From positions 1 to 33,282 of the IMG/VR virus record IMGVR_UViG_3300045988_114316: a DNA stretch of 33,282 nt. One strand, given 5' to 3'. Both the position numbers and the translations under genes were made by a program. The DNA comes from a virus. Below are positions 8,826-18,872 of the stretch, piece after piece. How positions within the stretch are numbered: position 1 is the first letter of the stretch; each line of letters opens with the position of its first letter. The notes beneath the pieces are model-generated. The model saw only the letters and a list, made by a program, of their open reading frames with translations, was not told where the DNA came from and made no database searches.

Positions 8826-9967
8826 TGAACGAAAGAATGAAAGAAATCGAAAAAAGACTGGCCGAAATAAGAGAAGAAGTAGATAAACCGGAAGCGGATC
8901 TGGACGCGCTGCAGGAAGAAAGCAGAAAGTTAGCTGATGAATATGATGAGCTGAAGAAAAAAGCAGAGACCGCAGAAAAAAGACAGGCCATTCTTGACGC
9001 AGCTATGAGAGAGGGCAGAGTAACCAGACGGTTCGGAAACGGAAAGGAAGAAGAACGGACGTTTGCTGTAGATACACCAGAATACAGAAGGGCGTGGCTG
9101 AAAAATCTACAGGGGAAACCGCTCGATGCAGAGGAAAGAGCGGCAATAACAGCAAGTGCGGCAATCCCGACGCAGACGATGAATATGATCGTAGGCCGTC
9201 TGGAACTGAATCCACTGTTAAACGCCATTGATGTTTCCTACATTCCGAGCAATATCTCCTTCCCGGTAGAGGGAACGGTAAACGACGCATCGTGGACAGC
9301 AATGGGCACGGCGGCAACGGATTCTGCTGATACGCTGACATCGGTAACGCTAAGTGCGTACAAGCTGATCAAAACGGTAGAAATCACAGCTGACGTAGAG
9401 GCGATGGCTATCGACGCGTTTGAAAACTGGCTTGTGGCACGGCTGGCAAATAAAATCGACGTCGCGTTAGACAAAGCAATCCTGTCCGGGACCGGAAGCA
9501 GCCAGGCAACCGGCATCGCAACCACGATTGATACTGAATCCGGGACATTCACCAAAGCAGGCATGACTCTAAAAGACCTGATGAAGATCATCGCAACCCT
9601 TCCGACAAAGTACGCGCGAAATGCGTCGTTCGTTATGTCGCGAACCGTATTCTATAACGAGGTTATGGGCATGACCACGACTACAGGGGACAAAGTCGTC
9701 GTCGCGGACATGCAGGCGCCAGGAAAATTCAATATATTAGGCTATCCGGTCATCATTGACGACAACGCAACCATCGATTCAACAGATAACGTATTCTTCG
9801 GCGATCTGAAGGAATACAAGCTAAATTTTGCCAAAGCGCCGGAAGTTGCCCGTGACACATCTGTCGGGTTCAGAAGCGGCAGTACGGTGTACAGGGCGAT
9901 GGCGTTGGCCGACGGAAAGTTAGTCGACAAGAACGCTGTCGTAAGATTTGAGAGAGCATCGGCATAA
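8825..9967 (+). CDS. Major capsid protein, HK97 fold, with N-terminal coiled-coil delta/scaffold region
   Basis: 380 aa following the protease; N-terminal charged coiled coil then capsid-like core; RBS GAGGTAAGG. Confidence 0.85.
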   Translation: MNERMKEIEKRLAEIREEVDKPEADLDALQEESRKLADEYDELKKKAETAEKRQAILDAAMREGRVTRRFGNGKEEERTFAVDTPEYRRAWLKNLQGKPLDAEERAAITASAAIPTQTMNMIVGRLELNPLLNAIDVSYIPSNISFPVEGTVNDASWTAMGTAATDSADTLTSVTLSAYKLIKTVEITADVEAMAIDAFENWLVARLANKIDVALDKAILSGTGSSQATGIATTIDTESGTFTKAGMTLKDLMKIIATLPTKYARNASFVMSRTVFYNEVMGMTTTTGDKVVVADMQAPGKFNILGYPVIIDDNATIDSTDNVFFGDLKEYKLNFAKAPEVARDTSVGFRSGSTVYRAMALADGKLVDKNAVVRFERASA

Positions 9968-9981
9968 AAAGGAGGTTCAGA

Positions 9982-10281
9982 ATGGAACGGAAGATTCTGG
10001 ACAGCATTAAAGACTATTTGAAGATCGAGGACGACGATAGCGCCGTCCTCGAATCTATTATCGAAGCTGTGATCGAGCGGTGCGAAAATGAAACGGGGAA
10101 AGCCTTTACCGGAGAATCTGCCCTATATCTGCAGGCGGTCAGAATGATCACTGCTGATTGGTACGATCACCGAGGAACAACGACCACGGAACAGTTAAAG
10201 GAGTTGCCGTTAGCCACACATGTACAGTCCATTCTGAACCACATTGCCATATCTACGGAATATGAAGAGGTGACGCAATGA
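9982..10281 (+). CDS. Head-tail connector protein (gp6-like, Phage_connect_1)
   Basis: 99 aa; LKIEDDDSAVLESIIEAVIERCENETGKAF pattern; position after the capsid gene. Confidence 0.7.
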   Translation: MERKILDSIKDYLKIEDDDSAVLESIIEAVIERCENETGKAFTGESALYLQAVRMITADWYDHRGTTTTEQLKELPLATHVQSILNHIAISTEYEEVTQ

Positions 10282-10622
10282 ACATCGGGCAGCTGGACAG
10301 TAGAATCAGCATCTATCAGGACACACTGATAACCAGCGAACTAAATGAGGATCAGCCGCAACCAACATTGTTAAAAAAAGTATGGGCGAATGTGCAGCCG
10401 CGAACTGGATCGCTGATGACCGGGCGCCCTGCGGACACAATGCTGTCAAAAACGACACATACCATCACTGTACGCGCGGAAGTGGTCGCGGATATCGAAA
10501 CGGACTGTTATTTACTGTGGGAGGATCGAAACAAACGGGTGCACCGGTTTGAAATCGACTACATTTTGCCGCCAAATCGAACATCAGTGTATGCAACGAT
10601 TTACGTACAGGAGGTGATCTGA
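10278..10622 (+). CDS. Head closure / head-tail adaptor protein
   Basis: 114 aa; ATGA overlap with the upstream gene; VWANVQPRTG...TVRAEVV pattern typical of the head-tail joining family. Confidence 0.65.
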   Translation: MNIGQLDSRISIYQDTLITSELNEDQPQPTLLKKVWANVQPRTGSLMTGRPADTMLSKTTHTITVRAEVVADIETDCYLLWEDRNKRVHRFEIDYILPPNRTSVYATIYVQEVI

Positions 10623-11035
10623 TGGCAGATGATCTGATTAAATTTGCAGACGATATCAATGACGCGATCAAAGCATTCCCCAAAGAAACAAAAAAATTCA
10701 TGAAGGAAGAAGGCCGAAAACTGCGTAAACAGATGCGCGCACGCGCACGAAGAACGGTTAACCGAAAGACGGGAAACTATCTGAGCGGGTTTCAAGTCGG
10801 CCGGAAGATCTATAAATGGGGCGATGCTGACTACAATATCAGGGTCTATAACAGTTCACCGCATACACACCTATTGGAATACGGGCATCGTATGTTGACA
10901 CATGCAGGGAAAATGGTTGGCTACGTCACCGGCTATCATATCATCGAACATGCAGGAAAAGCGTTTGAACCAGAATATCTGGACGATATCAATAATGACC
11001 TGGTGGATTTCATTTTAGAGGAGCTGGGAGAATGA
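10622..11035 (+). CDS. HK97 gp10-family tail-component protein
   Basis: 137 aa; ...TGNYLSGFQV...LLEYGH pattern; gene-order position. Confidence 0.65.
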   Translation: MADDLIKFADDINDAIKAFPKETKKFMKEEGRKLRKQMRARARRTVNRKTGNYLSGFQVGRKIYKWGDADYNIRVYNSSPHTHLLEYGHRMLTHAGKMVGYVTGYHIIEHAGKAFEPEYLDDINNDLVDFILEELGE

Positions 11036-11454
11036 TTACCACAAAAGACGTCGTTAAAGCGATAAATACCGTACTAAAAAGCACATTTCCGGATAAATCG
11101 GTCGTATCGACAGACAAGGATAAGGCGGTTAAACCTGGGAGTTTTTATGTGGAATATCCTGCGCCGATCATGGACGGGCCAAAAAATTTCAAACACGAGT
11201 CAGGGACGATCTATATCGACTACTTCCCTCCAGACAGATACAACAATCGTCTGGAGTTTTTTAATGTGCAGGAAAAACTGCGGGAGGCATTTGCGGACAC
11301 GTTGACCGTTGAAGAGGATTTTGTGATCCCCATCAATGAACTGCAGTTCACGGAAAACGATGACGTATTGATTTTGCAATTCGATTATGAAATGTGGCAA
11401 TACATCGAAGAAACCGGACCAGACATGGAAGAACTGGTCATCAAGGAGGAATAA
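11032..11454 (+). CDS. Hypothetical protein, putative tail completion/terminator (XkdJ position)
   Basis: 140 aa; gene-order position only. Confidence 0.4.
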   Translation: MITTKDVVKAINTVLKSTFPDKSVVSTDKDKAVKPGSFYVEYPAPIMDGPKNFKHESGTIYIDYFPPDRYNNRLEFFNVQEKLREAFADTLTVEEDFVIPINELQFTENDDVLILQFDYEMWQYIEETGPDMEELVIKEE

Positions 11455-11457
11455 TCT

Positions 11458-12510
11458 ATGGGTTTACCAAATATTACCGTGGAGTTTTTAACGAAGGCAA
11501 AGACAGCAATCACACGAAGTGAACGAGGGATCGTCTGCCTGGTCGTTGATGATACCACAAAGGAAACAGCCGTATCGGAATACAGCGCACTGAGCGAGGT
11601 ACTGTCGACAGACTATACGGCGGAAAACTACGCAGCAATCGAAGACGCGTTCACTGACGGGCCAACAAAGGTATATGTGGTAAGGATTCCTGACAGTAAA
11701 GCGTTTACGGACATTGAAGCTACGTTAGATACGTTGAAGTTTAATTGGTTGGCATATATCGGGCAGACGCAGACGGCAGTACCGACCTATGTCGAATCGC
11801 GAAACGCGAAACCGGCAGCCGTGCCAATCAAAGCCGTCGTGTATAACCAGCCGGCAGATGATCCGCATGTCGTCAATTTCACAAACACAAAAGTAAAACG
11901 AAAAGATGACGCGGCAGAAATCGACGGATACAAATACCTGGGCAGAATTGCCGGAATGTTAGCTGCATTACCGCTGGATCGCAGCAGCACGTACTACATT
12001 TTTAACGATCTGGAATCCGTTGTTGATGTAGCAGACGCAGGCTCTGCAGTAGATGACGGCGAATTTGTCCTATTTAACGACTATGGGACCGTTCGCGTAG
12101 CAAGAGGCGTGAATTCCGCCACTACTGTAGAAAACGAGGATTTAAAAAAGATCACGATCGTCGAAGGCATGGATCTGATGAAAGAGGACATCATTACGTC
12201 GTTCAAGGAAAGCTATATCGGAAAATACAAAAACACAGTGGACAACCAGACGGTTTTCATGGCCGCGGTAAATACCTATTTCCGGCAGCTCGAAATTGAA
12301 GATGTGTTAAGCCGGGATTTTAATAATCTGGCAGAGATCGATGTGGAAACGCAGCGGAAGGCGTGGATCTCAGCAGGAAAAACCGAAGCGATGGACTGGG
12401 ACACCGAAACGGTAAAAAAGAACCCGTACAAAACCTATGTTTACCTGCAAGCAAATGTCAGATTTTCCGATGCCATCGAAGATCTGCAGTTCAACGTATA
12501 TATGAACTAA
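11458..12510 (+). CDS. Putative tail sheath protein (XkdK position)
   Basis: 350 aa, immediately upstream of the tube-like gene and the frameshifted chaperone in a PBSX-like contractile tail cluster. Confidence 0.6.
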   Translation: MGLPNITVEFLTKAKTAITRSERGIVCLVVDDTTKETAVSEYSALSEVLSTDYTAENYAAIEDAFTDGPTKVYVVRIPDSKAFTDIEATLDTLKFNWLAYIGQTQTAVPTYVESRNAKPAAVPIKAVVYNQPADDPHVVNFTNTKVKRKDDAAEIDGYKYLGRIAGMLAALPLDRSSTYYIFNDLESVVDVADAGSAVDDGEFVLFNDYGTVRVARGVNSATTVENEDLKKITIVEGMDLMKEDIITSFKESYIGKYKNTVDNQTVFMAAVNTYFRQLEIEDVLSRDFNNLAEIDVETQRKAWISAGKTEAMDWDTETVKKNPYKTYVYLQANVRFSDAIEDLQFNVYMN

Positions 12511-12520
12511 GGAGGAAAAC

Positions 12521-12955
12521 ATGAAGAAAAAACCAAACGCCAATCAGGTATTCAACGGGACATTCGGACGGGTGTTCATTAACGGCGAAAAATTCGCTAA
12601 CATAAAAAGTTTTGAAGCGAAGTTAACATTCACCTTTGAAGAGGTGAACATCGCGGAGGACACAGGAACACACCAGAAGTATATGGGTTACGCCGGAGAA
12701 GGAACGATGACGTTTCACAAAGTCGATTCGTCGATTATGCAGATGCTGCTGGCGGACCTGAAAGCGGGACGTTTCCCAGAAATCGTCGTAGTAGGAATGA
12801 TTGATGATCCAGCCGGAATCGGAGCAGAACGTGTACAGATGAATGAGGTAACCTTCGACGAGGCGACGATCCTAAAATTTGAAGAGAAAACCATCGGAGA
12901 GGAAGAAGTACCATTTAAGTTTGCGGACTTCGAGATGTTAGATATGGCGGTGTAA
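12521..12955 (+). CDS. Tail tube protein (XkdM-like)
   Basis: 144 aa; position between sheath and chaperone; RBS AAGGAGGAAAAC. Confidence 0.65.
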   Translation: MKKKPNANQVFNGTFGRVFINGEKFANIKSFEAKLTFTFEEVNIAEDTGTHQKYMGYAGEGTMTFHKVDSSIMQMLLADLKAGRFPEIVVVGMIDDPAGIGAERVQMNEVTFDEATILKFEEKTIGEEEVPFKFADFEMLDMAV

Positions 12956-12956
12956 A

Positions 12957-13349
12957 ATGGGCGAAAAAATGAAGAAAGCAACAAAAGAGTCTTTGATCGC
13001 AAGAGCACAGGCGAAAAAAGCGAATGAAATAAAATATATTGAGTACGATTGCAAAGCGATCGGCGAAACGCTGATGATCAAGAAGCTGCCGATAACCAGA
13101 ATCGCGGATATCATGGATATGACAGAAGAAGATTCCCTTCGTGCGAATATGGAACTGAACGCAGAATTGATCTACGCCTCTGTTCCATTGTTTCACGACA
13201 AGGAGTTACAGGAAGCCTATGATTGCAAAGAGCCGACAGAAATTGTTATGAAGGTTCTGGACGACGATCTGGGCGAGATGAATCGGATTTGCAACCGGAT
13301 TTTAGACATGTATGGATTAGCCGATACAGTCGAAGACATAAAAAACTGA
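12957..13349 (+). CDS. Tail assembly chaperone (G-like, XkdN position)
   Basis: 130 aa ending at the slippery heptamer A_AAA_AAC (13340-13346), then TGA. Confidence 0.7.
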   Translation: MGEKMKKATKESLIARAQAKKANEIKYIEYDCKAIGETLMIKKLPITRIADIMDMTEEDSLRANMELNAELIYASVPLFHDKELQEAYDCKEPTEIVMKVLDDDLGEMNRICNRILDMYGLADTVEDIKN

Positions 13350-13501
13350 TGGGCCGCGACGGAGAAGCGCAGATGATTGCGTTTTATCTCCTGCGCGGCC
13401 ATTCTTTAGATGAACTTTTCGGTTTAGGTATGATTGAAAAAATGTTCTATATCGCTGCGATGGAAAAATATGCTGAAGAGGTGAGCGAAGTTGGCAAGTA
13501 G
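12957..13501 (+). CDS. Tail assembly chaperone -1 frameshift fusion product (G-T-like)
   Basis: The A_AAA_AAC heptamer lies in the zero frame at 13340-13346. The -1 frame continues as KLMGRDGEAQMIAFYLLRG... to TAG 13499-13501, overlapping the tape-measure start. Confidence 0.6.
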
Positions 13502-15131
13502 AAAGTTAGCCGTCATTTTAAAACTGAAAGATGAAATTTCGAAGCCGCTTCGCAATGTTTCAAACGAAACGAAAAAGGTTCAGAATCAGGTGAAAATCGC
13601 CGATGCGCGAATTAAACGATTTGCGACGTCTATGGATAAAAAACTGACCAAAGCGGCAAAACGCGCAGCGGCAGGATTGGGGCTATTAGGTGCGGCGGCA
13701 GTGAAAACAGGTTTTTCTGAAGCGTTCGACATGGAAGGCTACCGCGCACAGTTGGAAACTGCCACGAAAGACACGCAAAAAGCGGCGAAAATCATGACCT
13801 ACGCAATGAACTACGCCAACAAAACGCCATTCGAAGGCGGCGAAGTCGTAGAAGGTGCGGCAAAGTTTGAATCGATGGGCATGTCAGCAAAAAAATGGCT
13901 GACCTATACCGGGGATATGGCGGGCGCGACAAACAAATCGTTCGATCAGGCCGTCGAAGCATTAATTGACGCGCAGACCGGAGAATTGGAGCGCCTAAAA
14001 GAGTTCGGCATTACAAAGCGACAAATCCAAGAAAAGGCCGAAAAAATGTTCACGAACGAACAGATCGTAAACAATAAAGGCCAGATCACCAATCAGAAAA
14101 AATTTAACCAGGCAATGCTCGCACTGATGGAAGACAAATTCGCCGGAGGTGCAGCCAAACAAGCGCAAACCCTAAAAGGCGCATGGTCCACAGTAACCGG
14201 AACGGTAAAAAGTGCGCTTGCCAACGTAATGGGCATGCAATCAGACGGAACTGTTCGAGCAGGAAGTGCATTCGACATTATCCGCGAAAAAATGATTAAG
14301 TTGGCAGAAACGCTGGACAAGTGGCAGCAAGACGGGACGATAGATCGGATCGCTGAAAAGGTAGGAAATGTATTTTCAAAAGCCTGCAACACAGCAGCCG
14401 ACGCGATCAAATGGTTGAAAGATAATGCGGATTGGCTGATTCCCGTTGCAAAAAATCTATTAAAGGCAATGCTTGTGCTAAAAGGAATCAGCGTTTTAAA
14501 AAATGCGTTCGATCAGGTTAAAACAGTGGTCGACGTATTAGGAAAAGCGTTTACTGGTTTAGATCCGAAAGTGCTGTTAATCCGATTAGCCATCGCCGCC
14601 GTCGTCGCAGTCGTGCTTTGGCTGATTAAAAACTGGAAAAAATTAGGAAAATGGATCGAAAAAGCGAAAAAATGGTTCATGAATGCCAGAGGGCCAATCG
14701 GCGTTTTTCGTGATGCAATTTTCGGGATCGTCGGCGTGATCCAGACGGTGGTCGGCTGGATCGGTACGGCAATAGATAAGTTCAAAGAACTATTCGGCCT
14801 TGCCGGCGACGCGGAAAAAATCAACAAAGCGACGGGAAAAGGCGCAAACAGCGCAAGAAGTATAGCAAACAGCGTAGCTGGACATGCCACAGGAACGGCA
14901 TATTTTAAAGGCGGTTTAACCGGGTTCTCTGAAAGAGGCCGTTCTGAAGCGGCGATTTTTCCGTCGGGTACGCAGATTATCCCTCATGATCAAGTACCGA
15001 AGATGGGAGGAGGCACGACCATTACGGTGAACTATACTGTTCAGGGGAACATGATTGGAAACGAAGAATACATGGAAAAATCCGGGAAATACATTGCAAA
15101 CAGAATCATATCTGCGTTAGGAAACTGCTAA
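13491..15131 (+). CDS. Tail tape measure protein
   Basis: 546 aa; TTG start with RBS GAGGTG; long helical sequence with internal hydrophobic segments (LLIRLAIAAVVAVVLWLI); follows the frameshifted chaperone. Confidence 0.8.
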   Translation: MASRKLAVILKLKDEISKPLRNVSNETKKVQNQVKIADARIKRFATSMDKKLTKAAKRAAAGLGLLGAAAVKTGFSEAFDMEGYRAQLETATKDTQKAAKIMTYAMNYANKTPFEGGEVVEGAAKFESMGMSAKKWLTYTGDMAGATNKSFDQAVEALIDAQTGELERLKEFGITKRQIQEKAEKMFTNEQIVNNKGQITNQKKFNQAMLALMEDKFAGGAAKQAQTLKGAWSTVTGTVKSALANVMGMQSDGTVRAGSAFDIIREKMIKLAETLDKWQQDGTIDRIAEKVGNVFSKACNTAADAIKWLKDNADWLIPVAKNLLKAMLVLKGISVLKNAFDQVKTVVDVLGKAFTGLDPKVLLIRLAIAAVVAVVLWLIKNWKKLGKWIEKAKKWFMNARGPIGVFRDAIFGIVGVIQTVVGWIGTAIDKFKELFGLAGDAEKINKATGKGANSARSIANSVAGHATGTAYFKGGLTGFSERGRSEAAIFPSGTQIIPHDQVPKMGGGTTITVNYTVQGNMIGNEEYMEKSGKYIANRIISALGNC

Positions 15132-15140
15132 GGAGGGCGC

Positions 15141-15563
15141 ATGAAGATTACTATCGGAATAGACAACAATAAAACGATCGTCGTGTTGCCCTATGTAACG
15201 ACGGAGATGCTGACAATATCGTACGGGGATAGTCCAAACGAGAACAAAGATGCCGTGAAATACAGCCAGATCAAAGTCATGGGTGCAGAGCCGCTGGCAA
15301 AAGTCAGCATTTCCAGTATTTTTCCAAACGGAAGACAGGAATACATGGAACCGGACGCCTATGAAGACCCGATGCAATATGTAAGACTGTTTCGCAATTC
15401 CAGAAAAAACCGGAAAACCATGCGGATCGTTATAACCCGCAACGACGGAACTGAGGTATTCAATCGGCTATGTGCGCTGGAGACGTTTGAAATCAGCGGA
15501 ATAAACAAGAATGGAGATTACTCTTATAGCATGGAATTTGAGCAGTACAGACTGGTGTATTAA
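15141..15563 (+). CDS. Hypothetical tail/baseplate protein (XkdP position, no LysM motif seen)
   Basis: 140 aa; RBS AAGGAGGG; position only. Confidence 0.4.
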   Translation: MKITIGIDNNKTIVVLPYVTTEMLTISYGDSPNENKDAVKYSQIKVMGAEPLAKVSISSIFPNGRQEYMEPDAYEDPMQYVRLFRNSRKNRKTMRIVITRNDGTEVFNRLCALETFEISGINKNGDYSYSMEFEQYRLVY

Positions 15564-16535
15564 ATGAATTATCAAATTTACCAAATTCGAAACGGAAAAC
15601 GAACAAACATTTCAAAAGCAATCGGAAATCTAACCTGGTCAGATTCCGTTGATTCGCTGGGAATGGAATTTAGCTTTGATCTTCCGCACAGCTATTTTGA
15701 CGAACAATTCAAAGGCAGGCTATATAACGGGGATACGATACTGATCACGAATAACGGAAAGGAACTCTTACGCGGCATGATTACGTCCGTGCCGCTGGAA
15801 GGAGGAACTTACAGCGGATATGATTACGCCTATTACCTGAACAAATCAGAAACCGTTATTCAGTTTAATAAAATTTCTGCGTCGAAGGCAATCCGAAAAT
15901 TGTGCGACCGTTATGATGTGCCTATTGGCACAATGCCAAATCTGGCCACGCTGATCAATAAGACCTATAAAGACGAAATTGTGGCAGATGTGCTGACAGA
16001 TATCCTGAAAAAAGTTAAGAATGAAACCGGAAAAGGATACCGCATGGAGATGTCCAAAGGGAAACTAAACATCATACAGGACGGGTACATCAAAGTAAAA
16101 CCGACGTATGAAGACAAAACGGGCAGGATTCTGTCCTGCACGAAATCGTGCAATATTACCGGGACCAGATCGATCGAGGATCTGCGAAATAAAGTGATCG
16201 TTGCTGGAACTGACGAAAAAAAGACGCAGATCAAAGCGACGGCAAAGTCAGACACATCGATTGCAAAATACGGACTATTGACTGAGGTAGAAACACAAGA
16301 TGATATAAATGAAGCGAAAGCGAGAAACATTGCGAAGAATAAGCTGGCCAGCCTAAATAAGGTCATCGTATCGTTTACGGCGGAAATGGTCGGGAACAAT
16401 GTGGTAAGGGCATCACGTATGGTCTACTTTGACCGTCCAGAGGTCGGGATAAAAGGCTGGTACAAATGCAAAAGCTGCACACACACGCTAAACAAGGGAC
16501 TACATATGATGAACTGCGAAATGGAGAATTATTAA
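15564..16535 (+). CDS. Baseplate/tail protein, XkdQ-like
   Basis: 323 aa; gene order TMP-P-Q-R-S-T-U. Confidence 0.5.
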   Translation: MNYQIYQIRNGKRTNISKAIGNLTWSDSVDSLGMEFSFDLPHSYFDEQFKGRLYNGDTILITNNGKELLRGMITSVPLEGGTYSGYDYAYYLNKSETVIQFNKISASKAIRKLCDRYDVPIGTMPNLATLINKTYKDEIVADVLTDILKKVKNETGKGYRMEMSKGKLNIIQDGYIKVKPTYEDKTGRILSCTKSCNITGTRSIEDLRNKVIVAGTDEKKTQIKATAKSDTSIAKYGLLTEVETQDDINEAKARNIAKNKLASLNKVIVSFTAEMVGNNVVRASRMVYFDRPEVGIKGWYKCKSCTHTLNKGLHMMNCEMENY

Positions 16536-16870
16536 TGTGGGAGTATGAAATTGCGAACAGGATCAAAAATGGAGAAAGAAAAGCAAGAGCACAGGCTATA
16601 AGCGACGCGTCGTTCTACATTGGCACATTGGAAAACTTGTCGCCGGTAACGGTATCCGTCCTGGGCGGCGAAGCAATGTATTACGCCGGAGATAATCTGT
16701 TTTTAAGCAGAACATTTTCCGAATACAGTGAAAACATTACGTTTGAAAGGCCAGATGGAACGACGATTACGGCAAAACGCAAGGACGTACCGAAAAAAGG
16801 TCAGCGAGTATTGATTGCGCCGATTGATGGCGTGTCAACAATGGCGCTGATCGATCTACTGGAGGAATGA
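16535..16870 (+). CDS. XkdR-like small baseplate protein
   Basis: Internal ATG of track ORF 16466-16870, coupled by TAATG to the upstream stop; 111 aa. Confidence 0.45.
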   Translation: MWEYEIANRIKNGERKARAQAISDASFYIGTLENLSPVTVSVLGGEAMYYAGDNLFLSRTFSEYSENITFERPDGTTITAKRKDVPKKGQRVLIAPIDGVSTMALIDLLEE

Positions 16871-16871
16871 C

Positions 16872-17309
16872 ATGTTTCCCGAAGTAAATTATGATTTTGA
16901 AACAGAAGAAGAAAATCTGGTCGCCATGCAGTCGACGAAAATCGGGCGAACGCCGCTGTATGATTTCGATCGTGGTCGCTACGTCGTGAGAGACGGCAAG
17001 ATCATTGAATGCACCCAGAAAGAGGCGGTAAGGCAATGGGTCGGATTCTTGGTCAAAACTGCCGCGGATAAATTTGACGTATATGATGGAACGGATTTTG
17101 GTACATACATCGAAAACTACATCGGATACAAAGATACCGCGTTCGTCGCCAGTGAAATCAAACGCGAAGTCGAAGAAAAAGCACTGGACAATCGGGCAAT
17201 TGAAAGCATAGAAGATTTTCAGTTTAAAAAAGAAGGCGATAAGCTGACGATATCGTTAACAGTAGTAATGACAGACAAAACAGAGGTGGAGGTGGAAACC
17301 AGTGTCTGA
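16872..17309 (+). CDS. Baseplate wedge protein, XkdS/gp25-like
   Basis: 145 aa; directly upstream of baseplate J; start overlaps the J start (GTGTCTGA). Confidence 0.55.
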   Translation: MFPEVNYDFETEEENLVAMQSTKIGRTPLYDFDRGRYVVRDGKIIECTQKEAVRQWVGFLVKTAADKFDVYDGTDFGTYIENYIGYKDTAFVASEIKREVEEKALDNRAIESIEDFQFKKEGDKLTISLTVVMTDKTEVEVETSV

Positions 17310-18351
17310 AAACGGACAGGAAATTCGCGACCGGATCTCAAATGAATATGAAAAAACACCGGGGTATTTGATTTATGATTTGACGGAATCCGTAGGACAG
17401 GTTATGGACGAAATGGACACGGATCTGGCTGCAGTAGACGCAAAATTCGACATCGAAAATCTGACCGGGGACGAACTGGAACGATTCGTCAGCCAGCGAA
17501 AAGGCGTAAGTCGGCGGGCAGCCACCTACGCCAAAGGAACTGTTACCGTGACGGGAACCGGAACCGTAAGCCAAGGGGATATTTTTGAAACCCCGAATGG
17601 TGTACAGTTTGCAGCAGATGAAACCGTGCAGATTGTAAATACCGGCGAGGTACCGGTAACTGCACTGGTGTCTGGAAACACAGGTATGGTTGGTGCCGGC
17701 AGCATCACGCAGATGCCAGTAACGATCGCTGGGATAAATGCGTGCACAAACGCTGAACCTACACACGACGGATATGACGCAGAAACAGACGAAGCGCTAC
17801 GAGAACGGTATTTGTTAATACTGAGAAATCCGCCAGGCAGCAGCAATAAGGCGGCGTACAAAACGTGGGCGCTGGAAGTTAGTGGCGTTGGCGATGCAGA
17901 AGTATTTCCGCTGGCAAAAGGAGACAACACGGTTGACGTTGTCATCATCGATACGGACAAAAAACCAGCTTCAGAATTGTTGGTGCAGCAGGTGCAGGAA
18001 TACATTGATCCGGAATCATCAGGAAAAGGCGAAGGCGTCGCACCGATGGGCGCCCATTGCTATGTATCTGCAGCAACGGGTTTGGACATCAATATAACCG
18101 CAAAACTGACGGTAAATGGGGATCATACAACGATTGAACAGGGAATAAAGGATTCTATAGAAACGTATCTGGCCAGCATTGCGTTTACTGACGCGAACGT
18201 GTCCTATGCTCAAATTGGAAGCTGCATACTGGACGTGGAAGGGGTACTGGATTACGAACAACTGACGGTTAACAGCGGTACGGGAAACATCAGCGTGCCG
18301 GAGCGTAGTGTGGCAGTATTGGGAACGGCGGTATTCACCTATGCGGAATGA
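17302..18351 (+). CDS. Baseplate J-like protein (XkdT-like)
   Basis: 349 aa; GTG start with RBS GGAGGTGG; N-terminal YEKTPGYLIYDLTESVGQVMDE resembles the Baseplate_J family. Confidence 0.7.
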   Translation: MSENGQEIRDRISNEYEKTPGYLIYDLTESVGQVMDEMDTDLAAVDAKFDIENLTGDELERFVSQRKGVSRRAATYAKGTVTVTGTGTVSQGDIFETPNGVQFAADETVQIVNTGEVPVTALVSGNTGMVGAGSITQMPVTIAGINACTNAEPTHDGYDAETDEALRERYLLILRNPPGSSNKAAYKTWALEVSGVGDAEVFPLAKGDNTVDVVIIDTDKKPASELLVQQVQEYIDPESSGKGEGVAPMGAHCYVSAATGLDINITAKLTVNGDHTTIEQGIKDSIETYLASIAFTDANVSYAQIGSCILDVEGVLDYEQLTVNSGTGNISVPERSVAVLGTAVFTYAE

Positions 18352-18868
18352 TGAATTAAAACGAAAAGTAAATAAAATCAATCTGACCTGTCCAATGGTC
18401 AATGCCATTCTGGACGCGTTCGGCATGGAATTGGACGATCTGGACGGCCGAAGACGACAGATTAATGATGACATGTTCTTTGACACCTGTTCAGAAGAAA
18501 TGCTAAAGTTCTATGAAAATGAAGCGGGGATCACGCCTTATCAGTCAGACATCGATGACCGACGATATAGTTTGATTGCAAAATGGCGCGCATCGGGACA
18601 TACCAGTGTAGAAACACTACAGAACATTGCAGACAGCTGGAAATATGGAAAAACGGAAATTGATTTTCAAGATGGGAAGATCGTTGTCACGTTTACAGAC
18701 AAAGGAATACCAAACGACTTGGAAGGACTGAAAGCGGCGTTGGAAGATGCAAAACCTGCACATTTGCCGATTGAATATGTATTTACATACAATACATGGA
18801 ACGACGTGTTAACGCTGACATGGGATCAGGCTAAAACGTCGACATGGGACGAACTGCAAACGAGGTGA
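18341..18868 (+). CDS. XkdU-like tail protein (DUF2313 position)
   Basis: ATG 18341 gives MRNDELKRKV...; 175 aa; overlaps the J stop. Confidence 0.5.
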   Translation: MRNDELKRKVNKINLTCPMVNAILDAFGMELDDLDGRRRQINDDMFFDTCSEEMLKFYENEAGITPYQSDIDDRRYSLIAKWRASGHTSVETLQNIADSWKYGKTEIDFQDGKIVVTFTDKGIPNDLEGLKAALEDAKPAHLPIEYVFTYNTWNDVLTLTWDQAKTSTWDELQTR

Positions 18869-18872
18869 TAAG

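Noticed and set aside
8800-9341. Minus-strand ORFs (142 aa and 112 aa) inside the capsid gene, and similar antisense ORFs in baseplate J (17338-18005), the tape-measure gene (14093-14890) and the endolysin (22950-23603)
   Set aside because: They are antisense to, or out of frame with, strongly supported structural or lysis genes. The translations are low-complexity and there are no RBSs.
16466-16534. N-terminal extension of the XkdR-like ORF
   Set aside because: It overlaps the end of the upstream gene. The ATG at 16535 is coupled to that gene's stop (TAATG), which gives the expected size of about 110 aa.
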